NCBI GenBank assembly: GCA_050084985.1
Contig: JBITNC010000001.1
Span: forward strand, 163,060,001-163,124,000
From: Nageia nagi
Taxonomy: Eukaryota; Plantae; Pinophyta
Reading direction: 5' to 3'
DNA length: 64,000 nucleotides
Shown here: positions 12,243 to 26,065 of the stretch, piece by piece
How positions within the stretch are numbered: position 1 is the stretch's first letter
Layout of the letters: each line of letters starts with the position of its first letter
Notes under the pieces: generated by a model
The model's input: the letters and a program-made list of their open reading frames with translations, nothing else
The model's database searches: none
What the model was told of the DNA's origin: nothing
Translations under genes and position numbers: made by a program

Positions 12243-13360
12243 TTAAGCGTTCGCGCCAGCAACAATCTCCAATATTTCACCCGTAACCTTGGCCTGCCTT
12301 TCCCGATTGTAAGAAACGCTGAGCGACTTTGTTAATTCCTGCGCATTATCGCTCGCACTGGTCATGGCATTCATCCTCGCTGCCAGCTCCGAAGCCACAG
12401 ATTCCTGCAGCGCCCTTAAAATCTGACTATTAAGATACAGCGGCAGAAGCGCATCAAGGATCTGCACAGGATCCTGTTCGAATTCCAACACGGACGAGAA
12501 ATCCGGCGTGGGCGTTCTCACCATCTCTCTTTCCACAGCCAATTTCCCCTCCTTGGTAGTCAATCTAAACATTTCATCCTCCGCAGCATCCACACAGGCG
12601 CCATTAATATCGCAGACTTCTCCTTTAGGCGATAGCGGCAAGAGTGTATGGATAACCGGGTCGGATTTAATGAGAGAAACGAACTTGGTATACAAAAGTT
12701 CGACTTTATCGACCTCCTCGCTTATAAAAAGCGAAAAAATATCGTCGGCAATGGCCTGGGCTTCTTTGGTGGTGGGCACACTCCCCACTTCCAGGAACTT
12801 GTCCACGGGAATTTGGGGGCGGCGCTGGAAATATGTGCCGCCCTTTTTCCCCACGCTAACAATGGTGTAATTAACCCCCAGCTCGCGGAGCTCCCTCATG
12901 CGCCGCTCGGCTTTCTTTATGACGAAATTGTTGAATCCCCCACAGAGACCACGGTCGCCTGTCACGACTACGAGGGCCACTTTTTTGACGGCACGCACCT
13001 GCGTGAGAGGAATGTCGACGTCTTCCGTCTGGGCTGCTCATTGAGGTTGTAGAGGACTTGGACAAGGGTTTCTGAGAAGGGACGGCCGTTCACCACGGCT
13101 TCCTGCGCGCGCCTCACCTTGGCGGCCGCCACCAGCTTCATGGCGTCCGTGATTTTCTTCGTGTTTTTGACGGAGTCGATACGTTCGCGCAGTGCGCGCA
13201 GGTCGCAGACAATTAGAGGGGTTTGAGTTTGGCGGCGGTGGCGGTGTCGCCGCCCGCGTGAGAGACGGTTCGGGGCGGAGAGCGGCAGAAGGTTGTCATG
13301 GATGGGGAGCGTTGTTGAAGTGCGAGGGCAGGCGGAGAGCGTTAAGTTTGCCATCGCCAT
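12243..13360 (-). CDS. atpC: Chloroplast ATP synthase CF1 gamma subunit precursor (nuclear encoded), with a 1-bp frameshift at ~13032
   Basis: Transit-peptide-like N-terminus, then [30 protein letters not shown]; [20 protein letters not shown]; redox loop [17 protein letters not shown]; C-terminal [22 protein letters not shown]. Restoring one base gives [21 protein letters not shown] and a 372-aa ORF. GC-rich island, no introns. Confidence 0.95.
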
Positions 13361-13429
13361 TGAAGATTATTTGAAGGTTGGAGGCGGAGCAGTTGCAGGC
13401 GAGTTGGGGTGGTGGGTTTGCAGGCTGAG

Positions 13430-13496
13430 GGATTGGGCGGCATTTTGATCGGGGGATCGACGGCTGGGAAGGAGTGGATGAGGTTGTGGATAAGGA
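13430..13496 (-). promoter_or_regulatory. Candidate light-responsive atpC promoter elements: CCAAT box (13432-13436) and I-box GGATAAGG (13488-13495)
   Basis: Motif matches 70-135 bp upstream of the ATG inside the GC-rich island; I-boxes are typical of photosynthesis-associated nuclear genes. Short motifs, unverified. Confidence 0.35.
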
Positions 13497-14379
13497 GGGG
13501 CTTCCATGGCATTCTCTCGTTTTTTTCATGGTCGAGGTTTGCGAGGCTTTTGAGAATTCGTAACGCCTCTGTTTAGGTAATCCGAAATTTTCCTTAATTA
13601 AGATATATTTAAACCCCCTTTTAAATCCGTAGTCAGCACTCAGAATCTGTATTTCTTTTGTTTTATGCGATTTTTATTAAGTGTGGATACAACTCGTACA
13701 TGTAGATTCTTACTCTTTGATCTATATTTTGAAATTTAAATTATATTAATTTAATTTATATTAGCAATTACTAATAATTGTTAAAAAAAAATTGTTGGAG
13801 ATAAGGAAGTGAAATTTTAGGGGTTTTTTTTAAAACTATCCATCTTTATGTATGTGTGAGGAGAGAATCTTGAATTGGAAGTCTCTCTTTTTCGACTTGA
13901 GAATTTTCAACTACTCATTCCTTTCTAAAATTATTGAATGATAATTGTTAATTTTGATATGAGATAATAATAAAATGTGTATATATTTTCTATAAGAATA
14001 TTATATATTAATTTTGTTTTATAGAAATATCATTAGTATATTATAATTTATGATTTATTTTTATATTATTTATCTATATGATTTATTTTATAGGGTTTTT
14101 GAAGATCCTTTTAAAACTTTGAATTCTTTTATTAATACAAAATTAACCCTGTTAATCAAAAAAATCTATATGATCGTAATATTTTCAAAAATATTTTTAA
14201 CAAAATATTAATATATAATTATTTTTTTAAAATAAATTATTTTATTTTTTCAAATTATTTTTAAAAATTAAATTAAAGACAAGTATTCAACATATTTTGG
14301 AAGGAAATTATTCTCTTAGAGCTTCGATTCATCTTTGAGAGGTCTTAGGTTTAAATCACAATGGTTGTTCCAATGTATC

Positions 14380-15003
14380 TATAGACTAAAATAATGCATG
14401 AATAATAAATCAAAGCACTATCTCTTTACAATGTAATATTAAAGCATATATCAAAAATATGGCATCTTTACGAATATGGTAAATGAGATGTCTTCATCAG
14501 ATTCACATCTATATGAAATAACAAAGATCATCCATCAAATGCATCAACATAACATGAGAAAAGAACATCATTAGCAGCCTTAGAGAAGCACACCATTAAC
14601 AACCTGAAATACGCAAATCCACAAGCAGAAATTGAAAAGTACAATATAAGAGGAAGGGTATAGCAGATCTAAAAATAGATAGGGTTGCGAAACACCTTTG
14701 TTGGTATGAGAGAATGATATTACATGTTCCAATGTTTTCTTTAACTCTCTTCACATATCCACCTTATATTGCTTTTGATATTCTTTTATAGCAACATTTT
14801 GATCCTCTTTTATTCTTGGGATCATTGCATATTACATTATTTATGGTGTCTTTCTTGATATTTGACACCTCTTACATTATACAACGATCCATTACATTGA
14901 TTATATTACCTTGGGTATATTTTGAACCTCTTTACAATAAATATTCCTTGATGCTATAAAATGAATTATTTAATACAAAAAAAATTATTTTTAAGCATCT
15001 ATA
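14380..15003 (-). repeat. 3' LTR of Tat element
   Basis: Aligns end to end with 22128-22754 and abuts the PPT. Confidence 0.9.
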
Positions 15004-15496
15004 TTTTGCCCCTCTTTGGAGGTGTAATTGAAGCAATGAGATTACATGTCAAAAGAAGAAGTACAAAAGAAATTTTTGAAATCTTTGAACTCTTTATCTA
15101 GCATCGCCATTTGATGATGAGGGTCCTTTGTTGCCCCCTTTTGACTTGGTTTCCTCAAAAAAGCTCCTTGAGTGGTGCAACCAAGATAAAACCTAAAGAA
15201 CTGCATCTTTTTGGCCCTTACATTGTCCAATTGTAAATCTAACTGCTCCTTTATTTTTAATACTTCAAAGTCTTATGTTCTAACGTTCATACCTTGATAC
15301 AGAAGTGGTTCCTTGAATTTAGCACTTAGTTATTTGATATAAACACCACTGACAACATGTAAATAATTTGGAACATTGTTAACAGTGTGAATTTTGCTTC
15401 ATTTGCTTTCCTTCTTTTTATTTAGGTGCTTGCAAAAAGTGTTAAATATACTTTGCATGAAAATATTTTGGATACATGGTGAGTTGCATTTTCCAT

Positions 15497-15795
15497 TGAT
15501 GATGAATCAATATCGGTAATCTACTTACGACTACACTGTCAGTTTATTGTTTAAGTGAGTGAACTCTCACTGGTTGTAACGATGGCTATCGGTGGTCATA
15601 TGTTTTATGTTTATGACCCTGATACATTATGCATTTTATGGTTCAAAGCAAAACCATATAGATACGCAATAAGTTGCATCATCCTTTGAGGATGAATCAA
15701 TGTCAACATCTTGCTCACGATTGCATCATCAATTTAACTTTTAAGTGAGTGAACTCTCACTAGTCATATCGATGGCCATCGATAACCAAGCATTT
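15497..15795. repeat. Two-copy ~100-bp repeat (period ~190 bp) in Tat 3' UTR
   Basis: gatgaatcaatRtc...ttaagtgagtgaactctcact...gatggcYatcg at 15500-15592 and 15691-15781. Confidence 0.7.
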
Positions 15796-15994
15796 TTATG
15801 TCCATGGTTTGTAGATATTATCCTCTCTTTTTTAATTTTTTATTTTTTTCATGTTGATAACAGTGTGCAGATAGTAATGCACGATGTTAACAACATTGTA
15901 ACAGTCAAAGAAATTATAGAAATAAAAATAGAATATAAAGCACATGTACTTTACATAAGACATTCATTATTTTGTAAGGTACAAAGTTGTTTTC

Positions 15995-18900
15995 CTACAC
16001 AAAGAAGCATTTAAGATGCATGGCATTGAAGATTTTTTGTTCTTCTCTATCATCCATGGATGATAACTTGTAAGCTCTTAATCCTATTGCTTCAATGACA
16101 ATAAATGGGCCTAACCAATTTGGTTCAAACTTTTCTTTTACTTCATCATTTGCAGATATTTTGTTGATATTCTCTTTCAACACCAAATCTCATATTCTAA
16201 AATCCTTTGGTTTGATTTTCTTGTCAAATTCCCTCTTTGGATTTGCATGATATGCCTTTTGATGTTCAATTCCCTTGATTCTCTTTTCATCAAGTGCTTC
16301 CAAATGTTGTAGTATAGCCTTTCTTACTTCTTCATCTAATATGTCTCCTTGTAGTGAGATTCTTAGAGATGGTATTTCTAACTCTAATGGTACAACATCC
16401 TCATCTCCATAAACTAATGAAAATGGTGTTGCCCTAGTGGCTATTATAATACTCATTTTATATGCCCAAAGTGCATAAGGTAAATTGTTCATACCAATCT
16501 GCTTTGTATTTATCCTATATTTTTGCCAAAATGCTTTTTATAGTTTTGTTTGATGCTTTCGCTTGACCATTCCCTTGAGATTAATATACTAAAAAAAATG
16601 TTTGATTAATATGAAACTTTTTGCAAAAGACTTTCATGCCCTTACCTTTGAAATTTGGCCCATTATCCATGATCAATCTTTGTGGTACTCCAAACCTTGT
16701 AATGATGTTCTCAACCAAGAAAGAAATGATTTTATCTTGAGTGATTGATTTCATTGGAATAGCTTCAACCCACTTTGTAGTAAACTTTGTAGCTATGATG
16801 ATAAATTTGTGACCTTCCCTTAAATGTGGTTTAATAAGCCCAATCAAGTTTATGCCCCAAGTTGCAAATGGCCATGGCAAAACTATGGAGTTCAATTTTT
16901 GAGTTGGTTACTTTTCTAAATTTGAATGCTTTTGACATTGCAAACAACTCTTAATATGATTCTTGCAATCCTCTTCCATTATAGGCCAATAGTAACCAAT
17001 TTGCAAAAGCTTAGTATACAATGCTTTTGCAAAAAAGTGACCTCCATACAACCCATCATGTGATTGTTCTATTGTTGTTGTTTCATGTTGTGTTAGACAT
17101 CTCAAAAGAGATCCATCAAATGACTTTTTATACAATATTTTACCAATAATCACATACTTGATAAATTTCCTCTTTAATATAACTCTTTCATTTCTATCAT
17201 AATTCTCTAGAATTATTTGATCTTTAAAATAATTGTAAATATCAACATACTATTGTTGAAGATCATCTTCTAAAGAAAGAAGACATGTATTTACTTCATC
17301 AAGTTGATCAAGGTAAGAAGGTGTACCGAGCTTTCTAATCTCGAGGATAGTTTCTTCATATTCTATCTTAATTGGTGCTAATGAAGTTGTACTTACCATT
17401 GCATCTGCATACTTATTGTTAGTCCTTGGGATATTCTGAATATTGTACCTATGAAAGTCATTAATCAATTCAATAACCACTATATTCTATGTTTTCAATT
17501 TTTCATCTTTTGTATTATATGTATCATTGACATGATTTACAATAAGTTGTGAATCATCATATATTTCTAAATCTTTTATTTTCAGAGCCACAACTACTTT
17601 CAAACTCAAAATCAAACCTTAATATTCTACCATGTTATTAGTGAAATGAAAACCAAGTTTATATGCCATAAGGATTACTTCATTGTAAGGTGACACTAGA
17701 ACAATGCTTGCACCTACCCCAGAAGTACATTTTGATCCATCAAAATACAACATATAAGTTGTAGGCTTATCCTCCATGTAGCAAATGAACTCATCTAGAA
17801 TAACCATCTATTCACCATTTCATCGTTGATAGTGTTTAGGTAGTATTGGACATTGTTGACAACATGAGTCATCATATTCATCTGAAATTTTTTTGTGCAC
17901 CATTGTACCATCATTTTGGGGAAATTTTGCTATCAAATCTGTAATTGTCTATCCTTTCATAGATTTTTATGTCACCAAGTTGATGTCAAACTCTTGCAAC
18001 AACATCAACCACTTGGCTACCCTTTTTGATAAATGTTACTTTGCTATAAGATATTTCAATGGATTAACTGGGCTAACAATATATGTAGTGCAATATAAAA
18101 GATAATAAATTAGTTTTTATGTAGCAAAAATAATACCAAAGTAAAGCTTTTCCATAGGGGTATATCTTGTTTCATAATCTATGAGAGTTTTGCTAAGATA
18201 GTATATTGCTCTTTCTTTATTTTCATCATCTTTCTGACACAACATTGCCTCCCAAGGCATATAATGTGGCTAATATATAAAGATATGCTTCTTTTTCAAA
18301 ATCTATAGGCACTAAAATAGGAGGATTTAGCAAATATTATTTTATATCTTCAAATGCTTTTTGACACTTATCATACCATACAAACTTAACATCCTTTTTC
18401 AATAAATGCGTAAATGGCCTACACTTATTCCCAAGTTGGGAAATGAACCTTCTTATAGAATTTATCTTCTCTTAAAGACTTATTAATTGTTTGAGGTTCT
18501 TTAAAGTTGGCATACTTACTATGACTTTTACCTTCTTAGGATCTACCTCAATATCTCTTTTTGAGATCATGAAACCAAGTAATTTTCTTGAAGTAACATC
18601 AAAAACACACTTTTAAGGTTTTAATCCAAGCTTATACTTTTTAAGAATATGAAATACCTCTTCAAGAAGCTCCAAATGATATTATCCTTGCTTTGATTTG
18701 ACTAAATGTCATCAACATATACCTCCATTCATTTATTAATATGCTCATGGAACATATACACCATAGCTCTTTAATAAGTACACCTGCAATTTTCAATCCA
18801 AAGGGCATAACCTTCCAACAAAAATTTCTTCAAGGTGTAGTAAAAGCAATCCTATGTTGATTAGTCGGATTGATTAAAATCTAATTATATCCTAAAAATC

Positions 18901-21900
18901 CATCCATAAAAGACAAAGTATTATGACCAACAATATTATCCATAATCATGTCAATATTTGACAATGAAAAATGATCTTTTGGATAAGCATTATTGATATC
19001 ACAAAAATTAGTGCAAACTCTTATCTCTCCAGTAGGTTTAGTAACAAGAACAATGTTAACCATCCATTCTAAATAATCTATTGGCTTAATGAATCCAATT
19101 TTCAAGTATTTTTCAATTTTTTTCTTGACTAACAATGCCTTAGAAGGATACATCTTTTTTGGTTTCTATTTAATAGGCTTGGCTCCTTCCTTAAGTGGTA
19201 AATTATGCATAACAAAAAAATGATCTAAACTAGGAATATCAATATAAGACCATGCAAAATTTGTATGAATTTTAATAAACTTATTTTGTACCTTTCTTAT
19301 TGAAGTATTGGAAGAGTAGCTCCAACCTTTATCAACCTCTCTTCATCACTTGTTCCAATGTTGACATCTGTTAATTCTTCAATTGAGAAAGCTAATTCAT
19401 CCTTTTTTTGCAACAATGAAGGTAGTTCTTTCAATCCTTGAATGTCACTAAGAATATAGCTTGTTTGTCTTTTTTTATTTAATTTAAGTAATTCTAAATG
19501 TGTCCCCATGTATTTTAAGATACCATCATTAGTACTAAAGAAATCAAACTCAAGTGTTATATTATCATCAAGCCATAAATCTTCATCAATATCATCAAAA
19601 AGCTCAATCATATTGCATTTCTTAACAAACTTGATAGGTCTCATAGTTTATTTTGTATTTTAATCACTACCCAATCCATTATTAGTTTTCTGAGTTTCTA
19701 AAGAAATAGAAAAAGAAGGCATACCTTGTTATGATTTTCCTAAACACCCTCCTTTATACTTGCAATTTTCTATCATGTATTTATGTACAAAAGGAGATGG
19801 AAACATTTTGCCCATTGTGTTTTCTATCTGATCTTTCATTGAGGCAACTGGGTTGGAAGATATTGTTGTTGTAGAGCAAGAACCATTGTCATCTTCATTA
19901 TTTTCATGTCATTGATAGCATATAGATAGATTGCATGCTATTGTACTTTTTATCATCCTAAATCTTTTACAGACATTAATGGATCAAAGTTTTGAATTCT
20001 GTACATTCTCATTCCTATCTCTATAATCTAAAGCTATTTTTCTATTTTTACTACTGTTGAGCCTACTTCCTAAGGTTCAATTTGATATATAGGATAAGTC
20101 ATGGTGAATTATTCTATTTCTGCTATGTTGCACAAAGCATATAATTCTGGATCACCTATTATTCTATATACCTCACCTTGATATTCAAATTTCAACCTGT
20201 TATGTACTATTGATGGTATTGCATCCATATCATGAAGCCAAGATATTCCTAACAATAGGTTATAAGATAATTTTGAATCCACAACCTAAAACTGAGTTTC
20301 AACCATTATGACTCCTATTATGACCAAAATTATAGCTATTCCAAGTGGCCTTTTTGATGAACTATTATATGCTCTAATTCGAAATGTGGCTTCTTTTAAA
20401 TGAGGTATATTTACACTTTTCTCTTGAAGTTGTATCAAAAATTTATAAGAACACACATTAACAGTTGATCCATTGTCTACCATTGTTCTTTTTTATTTTC
20501 CATCCTTCTATCATAGGTATGATGTATAAGGCTAAACACTCAGCAAGAATTTCTTTACTAAGTTTTTTAGACCTATAAAATGTAATTCCATCACATTTCT
20601 TAATAGACCTAAGTTTTTTCAAAAATATAGTAGCATTCATATTAGTGGGAACAATTTCATTTTTGAACAAAGCATACAATATCTCTTGATATTTTTTAGA
20701 TGTAGATATGAGATCATACAAGCTAATCTTAGGAGGAGTAGTTTTTAATTGCTCAATCATGCTATAAGCTTTAGGATCATGTGGGACACTTACTTGTTCA
20801 GTAGTAATCAGATTTCATATTCCTTAGACGTCCCCTTCTTAATGCAGCACAAACATTTTTATTCACTAAAACTATATTTACTACAATCTTTAGAATTGAA
20901 GTATTCTAACTAATTTCATATTTCCCTTATGCAATAAGGTCTAAAATTACAACTTCTAATGCATTACAAAAATTTGTAGAATGACCTCTTCTTTGATGAT
21001 AAGCACAATAAGAATCAAAATTTTCCATTGAAACACTATCATTCTCTGTTTGTCTATCTAATGGCTACAATAAACCTTTCTTTATCAAATCTCTCAAAAT
21101 AAACCTTGGCTGAATTGGAAATGTACACCCTATATCTCTTATTGTGGTTGATCTTATTAATGTATATGTTGATGTAGGTGTAGCTACATCAATCATATTT
21201 ACTATCTTCTCCTCCTTCTTGGTGTATATCTTATGATTCTCCTTATTGTAAGAAGTATATGTATACTTGAGATCTCCTAATTAAAGCAAAACTTTTTCTT
21301 TTTGTAACAATTTTTTTACCAATATCTCAAATCCAATACCTTTCTTAAGTGGAGCATGCAAATTAATAATTGGTAAAACAAAATAGAATATTTGATTATA
21401 CCATAAATTTTATTCTCATACAATTTGCTACGAATAAATTGCCATACATTTTTGAATATCTTAATATACTTGTTTAGGATTTTATTGCTTCCTTAGCATA
21501 GTGCACACAATTCTATAATGGTTCCTTATTATTTGATATTATGCTTGTATTGATTCATGAATACTTATACCAATGAATTGAATGAATCTATGGATCTTGC
21601 TAGCAAATTGTAAAACCATTGATTTGCATCACCTCTCAAACTACTTGAAAATTTTTTTACCATCAATTTCTCTTCTGATCCTAGTTTCAGCAAGCACTCC
21701 TCCTGAAATCTAATAAGATATTACTTTGGGTCTTGATCATCACTAAATATATCAAACTTATGGACCTTATGATTAGGTGGTAGGGGATAATTGGGAATAT
21801 CATCCGATAAGGGTGTGGTGAATACACCATCATAATCTTTCTCTTTTTGTTGGGATCTCTTACTGTTCTCAAGATTGGTTAGCCTTACAACTATGGTTGG

Positions 21901-22002
21901 ATCTATAGCTGGCTGTGAATTACTGCCTAAACTTTGCATTATAGCCACTTGCCTAGATAAATCTTGCATCATTTTAGCCAAGTTCATTACAATTTGCTCC
22001 AT
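15995..22002 (-). pseudogene. Tat gag-pol pseudogene (many stops and frameshifts)
   Basis: Colinear minus-strand ORF fragments run from gag (21721-22002) to the integrase C-terminus (15995-16186). Confidence 0.9.
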
Positions 22003-22127
22003 TTTTCACATCGCTAATAGCATAGAAACAATCTATGCATGTTGTTAACAACATTATTTCTACACAAAAATCTTACGATATCTTGTCAGTAGTGCAAGAT
22101 GAATTGAAATAATTGAGTTCACCAAAA

Positions 22128-22754
22128 TGTAGACTACAAATAATGCATTAATAATAAATCAAAGCACTATCTTTCTACAATGTAATATTGAAGTACATAT
22201 CAGAAATATGACATCTTTGCGAATATGCTAAATGATGTCTTCATTAGATCTACATCTATATGAAATAACAAAGATCATACATCAATCGCATCAACATACC
22301 ATGAGAAAAGAATGTCATTAACAGCCTTAGAGAAGCAAGTTATTAATAGCCTGAAATATGCAAATCCACAAGAAAAAATTGAAAAGCACAATATAAGATG
22401 AAGGGTATAATAGATCTAAAAATAGGTGGTGTTACGAAACACCTTTTTTGGTATGATAGAATGATATTGCATGTCCCAATCTTTCTTTTGGCTCTCTTCT
22501 CATATCCCTCTTACATTGCTTTTGATATTCTTTTATAGCAATATTTTGATCCTCTTTGATTCTTAGGATCATTTCATATTACATTGTTTGTGATGTCTTT
22601 CTTAATATTTGACACCTCTTACATTATACAATGGTCCATTACATTGATTACATTGCCTTGGGTATATTTTGACCCTCTTTACAATAAATATTCCTTAATG
22701 TTATAAAATGAATTATTTAATAAAAAAAAAAAAATTAATTTTTAAGCGTATATG
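22128..22754 (-). repeat. 5' LTR of Tat element
   Basis: Starts TGTAGACT next to the PBS and matches 14380-15003. Confidence 0.9.
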
Positions 22755-23595
22755 GTACCATAGCTTGACTACAATATGGTTATTATCAGTAAAAAAAAAG
22801 AAATTAATATTTTTGCTCTTCATATCTTTAATAAGATTTCATTTAAATTGAGTTGCTATGTATAGAGTTGATTAAATTTATAAAGTGACATAAATCAACA
22901 TATTATTGTCAATTAAATTTTTACCATCAATTTATTATTGAATGAACTAATATATACACCATAACCCATCCTCCAAACCCTTGACTATTAATGTAGAATG
23001 CCTCTAGATGTAATTATTCAGTTTATCAATTCTACTTCTTTGGATTGATGACTAATATAATATTTATTGGAATGTTAATGTAGATAATAAAATATTGAAA
23101 ATAAATAGAAAATGATATAAAGTTAAAAATTGTATGAATAAGGAAGAGTAATTGATCTATTGTAAGCATACTTAAAATTTTATGATTTTCATATATTTTG
23201 GTATTGATTTATTTTATCTTTACAATATATTTGTTCTTGCCTCTTCATGAAATTATGATTAGTATTGAACATTAATTGTTATAAAAATATATCTTTGATG
23301 ATAAAATATTTTTTTTGTAGATACTTCATGTTAAATGAATAGTAAAAGCAAAAATAACTTAATAATAAATGGTTTCATTTAACATATTGGTTTAGTAGTG
23401 TAAAGTTGAGACGAGGTATGAGGTCATGAGTAAAAGTATCTCAATTTTATTGAAGTACTAAAGATTAGATGCTTGATAATGAAGTGTCAATATTTTTAAA
23501 TAAGCTTAAGATAGGCTTTATACTTAGCTAAACATGATGAGTATACTTCATTAACAAGAAAACATGAAAAAGATAGAAAAGTGATAAATTGAATT

Positions 23596-25003
23596 TGTAT
23601 TAATAACCATGGTGATCAAAAAAGGTCAATAGGACTATAAAGTAGGACATATACAAAGCAAACAGGAGTGCCTAATGCAACTTTAGAGAAAATAAAATAA
23701 GAAAAATAATAAACAATATAACGAATGATATACAAGGTCTTTGAAGCAAGGATTTCTCCCACCGTTAAAGGGTGCAAAGAAGTGAGTGATATAATAGTTT
23801 GATGTCATCGTATATGGTCCTTGTTGGAGTCGATGATGAGATGTTCTTGTTGTATGTCTATGATCACCCTGGCATTTCTCAGTCATGGCTTCTGTAGGCT
23901 GGAAGAATAAAGTGATAAGTTGGTATCCTGTTATCCTCTACAAACTATTACTAAGTAGTTCTTTTTTGAGATTGAATAATTCTTGGATGAATAGGGAAAT
24001 GCATCTTCGGTATTCATAATTAATCCAAGATTTCAATGTATGGGTGTCTTTGAATAAGCAATAATATCTATCTCATATCTCATAGTACACAAGATAACTG
24101 AAAATGAAATGCTCTTCGAATTCCACATCAAGGTTGCACAATCTGCAAATACATTGATCTTTGGAGAGGTGATGATTTATCTCAATACGTAGCTAGTGGG
24201 AGCAAACTCATAGCTAAGCTAGAGGAAACCTGAGGTTATGCAGCATCTGTATCAATCCATTCTCCAATTAGAGATAAAAGTGAGAGTAATGGAGCAATGT
24301 GGGCAAAAGAGGTTCCTTTGGATCAGTACAAGTAGTTTTTATATATGTTGAGTAGATCTCATCTCGAATATCCTTATTGGAATATGGTGTATTGATTAAT
24401 GACTTAGTAAGCGGAGGTCTCATAATGTCTAAGCCAAGAGATTGAAGTAGAGTAGTAGTTTGAGCATACCAACAATTCTTAACCCCTTGATTGACCAACT
24501 GTATGGAAGAGTGCAATGCTAAATATGAATATCTTCTCATATCTAGAATACAATGGAATCGACTGAATAAAGAGATAACATGAAATAAAGTTGTTGTAAA
24601 TAATGGGTGAGCATCAAACTCAGCTAGAGTGATGGGATGTGGAGCAATTCTTTTGGAACTAATGAACTTGGACAACATTGAGATGAAGACCCTTTCAATA
24701 CGAGACCAACCCAATTGTCTAAGGCCAGGGCCCTAAACTTCACAACCATGGAGCAATGTGGGGGTAACAAGAATGCAAAAGAGTCTAATCTTAATATTGA
24801 TGTCCTGAAATCAAAATTGAAATCACTGCTTATCCAAAGATGCTAAGGCAACATACCCTTTGTTTAACCTTTCCTGAGATGTAGAGATCATGTTGAAGAT
24901 AGGTCCTCTGAAAAGAACTCTCAAGTATGTGTATGATGTGACAATCTCAACAGCCTTCCCTTTATATGTGATGTGAACAAAAGAGAGATCTTTCTTGGGT
25001 GGG
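23596..25003 (-). mobile_element. 5'-truncated RTE/RTEX-like LINE with 7-bp TSD TTGAATT
   Basis: TSD at 23589-23595 and 25004-25010; empty site in copies B (~26683) and C (~32778). ORF 24268-24714 is followed by 'SH*LRIEINHH...CICRLCNLDVEFEEHFIF..YYEI', homologous to 2639-4274. Confidence 0.8.
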
Positions 25004-25876
25004 TTGAATTGAAATTTTAAAATTTTGTTTTTTTCATAAATTCAATTAAAGATCTATAAAATGCAACTTTTATATTAAGTATCATTTTCAATATATATAA
25101 TATGTAGTTTTAAATAGATAAAGAAAAATAATTTAATCCTTTATTGAAAATGTTGATAAATCTATATTTTTTTAAAAAGATATCAAAAATAAATAAATTA
25201 TACATTTCATTTTTGTTTATCAAATGTGGATACTACACATTTAAATCCTTACTCTTGAACTTATATTTTGAAATTTAAATTATATTAATTTAATTTTATA
25301 TTAATAATTACTATTAATTATTGATAATTGTTAATTTTGATATGAGATAATAATAAAAATTGCATAAATTTTATATAAGAATATTTATATATAAATTTTA
25401 TATTATAAAAATATTATTAATGTATTATAATTTATTATTTATTTATATAATTATAATATTTTCAAATATTTTTTTTGAAAAAAAATGTGTATATAATTAT
25501 TTTTAAAAATATATAAAATATATTATTTTATTCTTCTTAAATTTATTTTTAAAAATTAAATTAAAAATAAAATATTCAATTTATTTCGAAAGGAAATTAT
25601 TCTCTTTAGGTTTTATTTTTGGAGTTGGATTCTCTGCAATCTAACAAACACATTCAATGTGGTAATTGTTTGATTTGCAATGCAATAACAAAATTTTTAA
25701 TGTTTTCGCTAATGACTTCTTTAATAAGATATCATTTCAATTGAGTTAATAGTTATAAAGTGGGTTGTATTTATGAAGTGACATGAATTAATATATTTTT
25801 TATAAATATTATTTTCTGTTAAATTTTTATCATTGATTTATTATTAAATGAATGAACATATACATTACAATTTATC

Positions 25877-26065
25877 TTAGTTGTTGGTTGAGTTGGATAT
25901 GTGTTGACCTTGTTGCGATATGTGTCTTGTGGGTGGCATTCCATTCCCAGTACGAGACATGCATGTTATGTAATAACCTATTATAGTTGTTTGTCCCATA
26001 GATCAGTTGATTTTCAGTGAACGCTAATATAATTTACCTTTACCTTTACCTTACATCCCATATCT
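25877..26065 (+). mobile_element. Short non-LTR 3'-end insertion with (TTTACC)n tail and ~13-19 bp TSD
   Basis: Flanked by attacaatttatc/actacaatctatc, absent from copies A and C, and ends cccatagatcagttgatt...ctaatataat-ttacctttacctttacc. Confidence 0.6.

Larger units (their letters stand above)
14380..22754 (-). mobile_element. Full-length degenerate Ty3/gypsy Tat-clade LTR retrotransposon (gag-PR-RT-RH-aRH-INT)
   Basis: LTRs at 14380-15003 and 22128-22754; TSD gtatc (14375-14379)/gtacc (22755-22759); PPT complement ttttgcccctcttt at 15004; tRNA-Trp PBS at 22115-22124. ORF remnants: PR 'MVDNGSTVNVC', RT 'EIRVCTNFCDINNAYPKD...LSFMDGFLGYN', extra RNase H 'YMLYFDGSK...TNNMVEY', INT 'WPFATWGINLIG...RFGVPQRLIMDNG', 'KFEPNWLGPF'. 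Confidence 0.93.

Noticed and set aside
13020-13045. Programmed ribosomal frameshift in atpC
   Set aside because: No slippery heptamer, and the restored frame needs a base that is simply missing.
12243-13360. atpC as bacterial contamination, HGT or plastid DNA insertion, given its high GC
   Set aside because: It has a transit-peptide-like leader and the green-plant redox Cys loop, has no atp operon neighbours, and the gamma subunit is nuclear-encoded in plants.
12021-13529. Antisense/alternative-frame ORFs (12021-12335, 12508-12870, 12648-13052, 12871-13065, 13192-13374, 13296-13529)
   Set aside because: Shadow ORFs of a GC-rich coding region, with no recognisable motifs.
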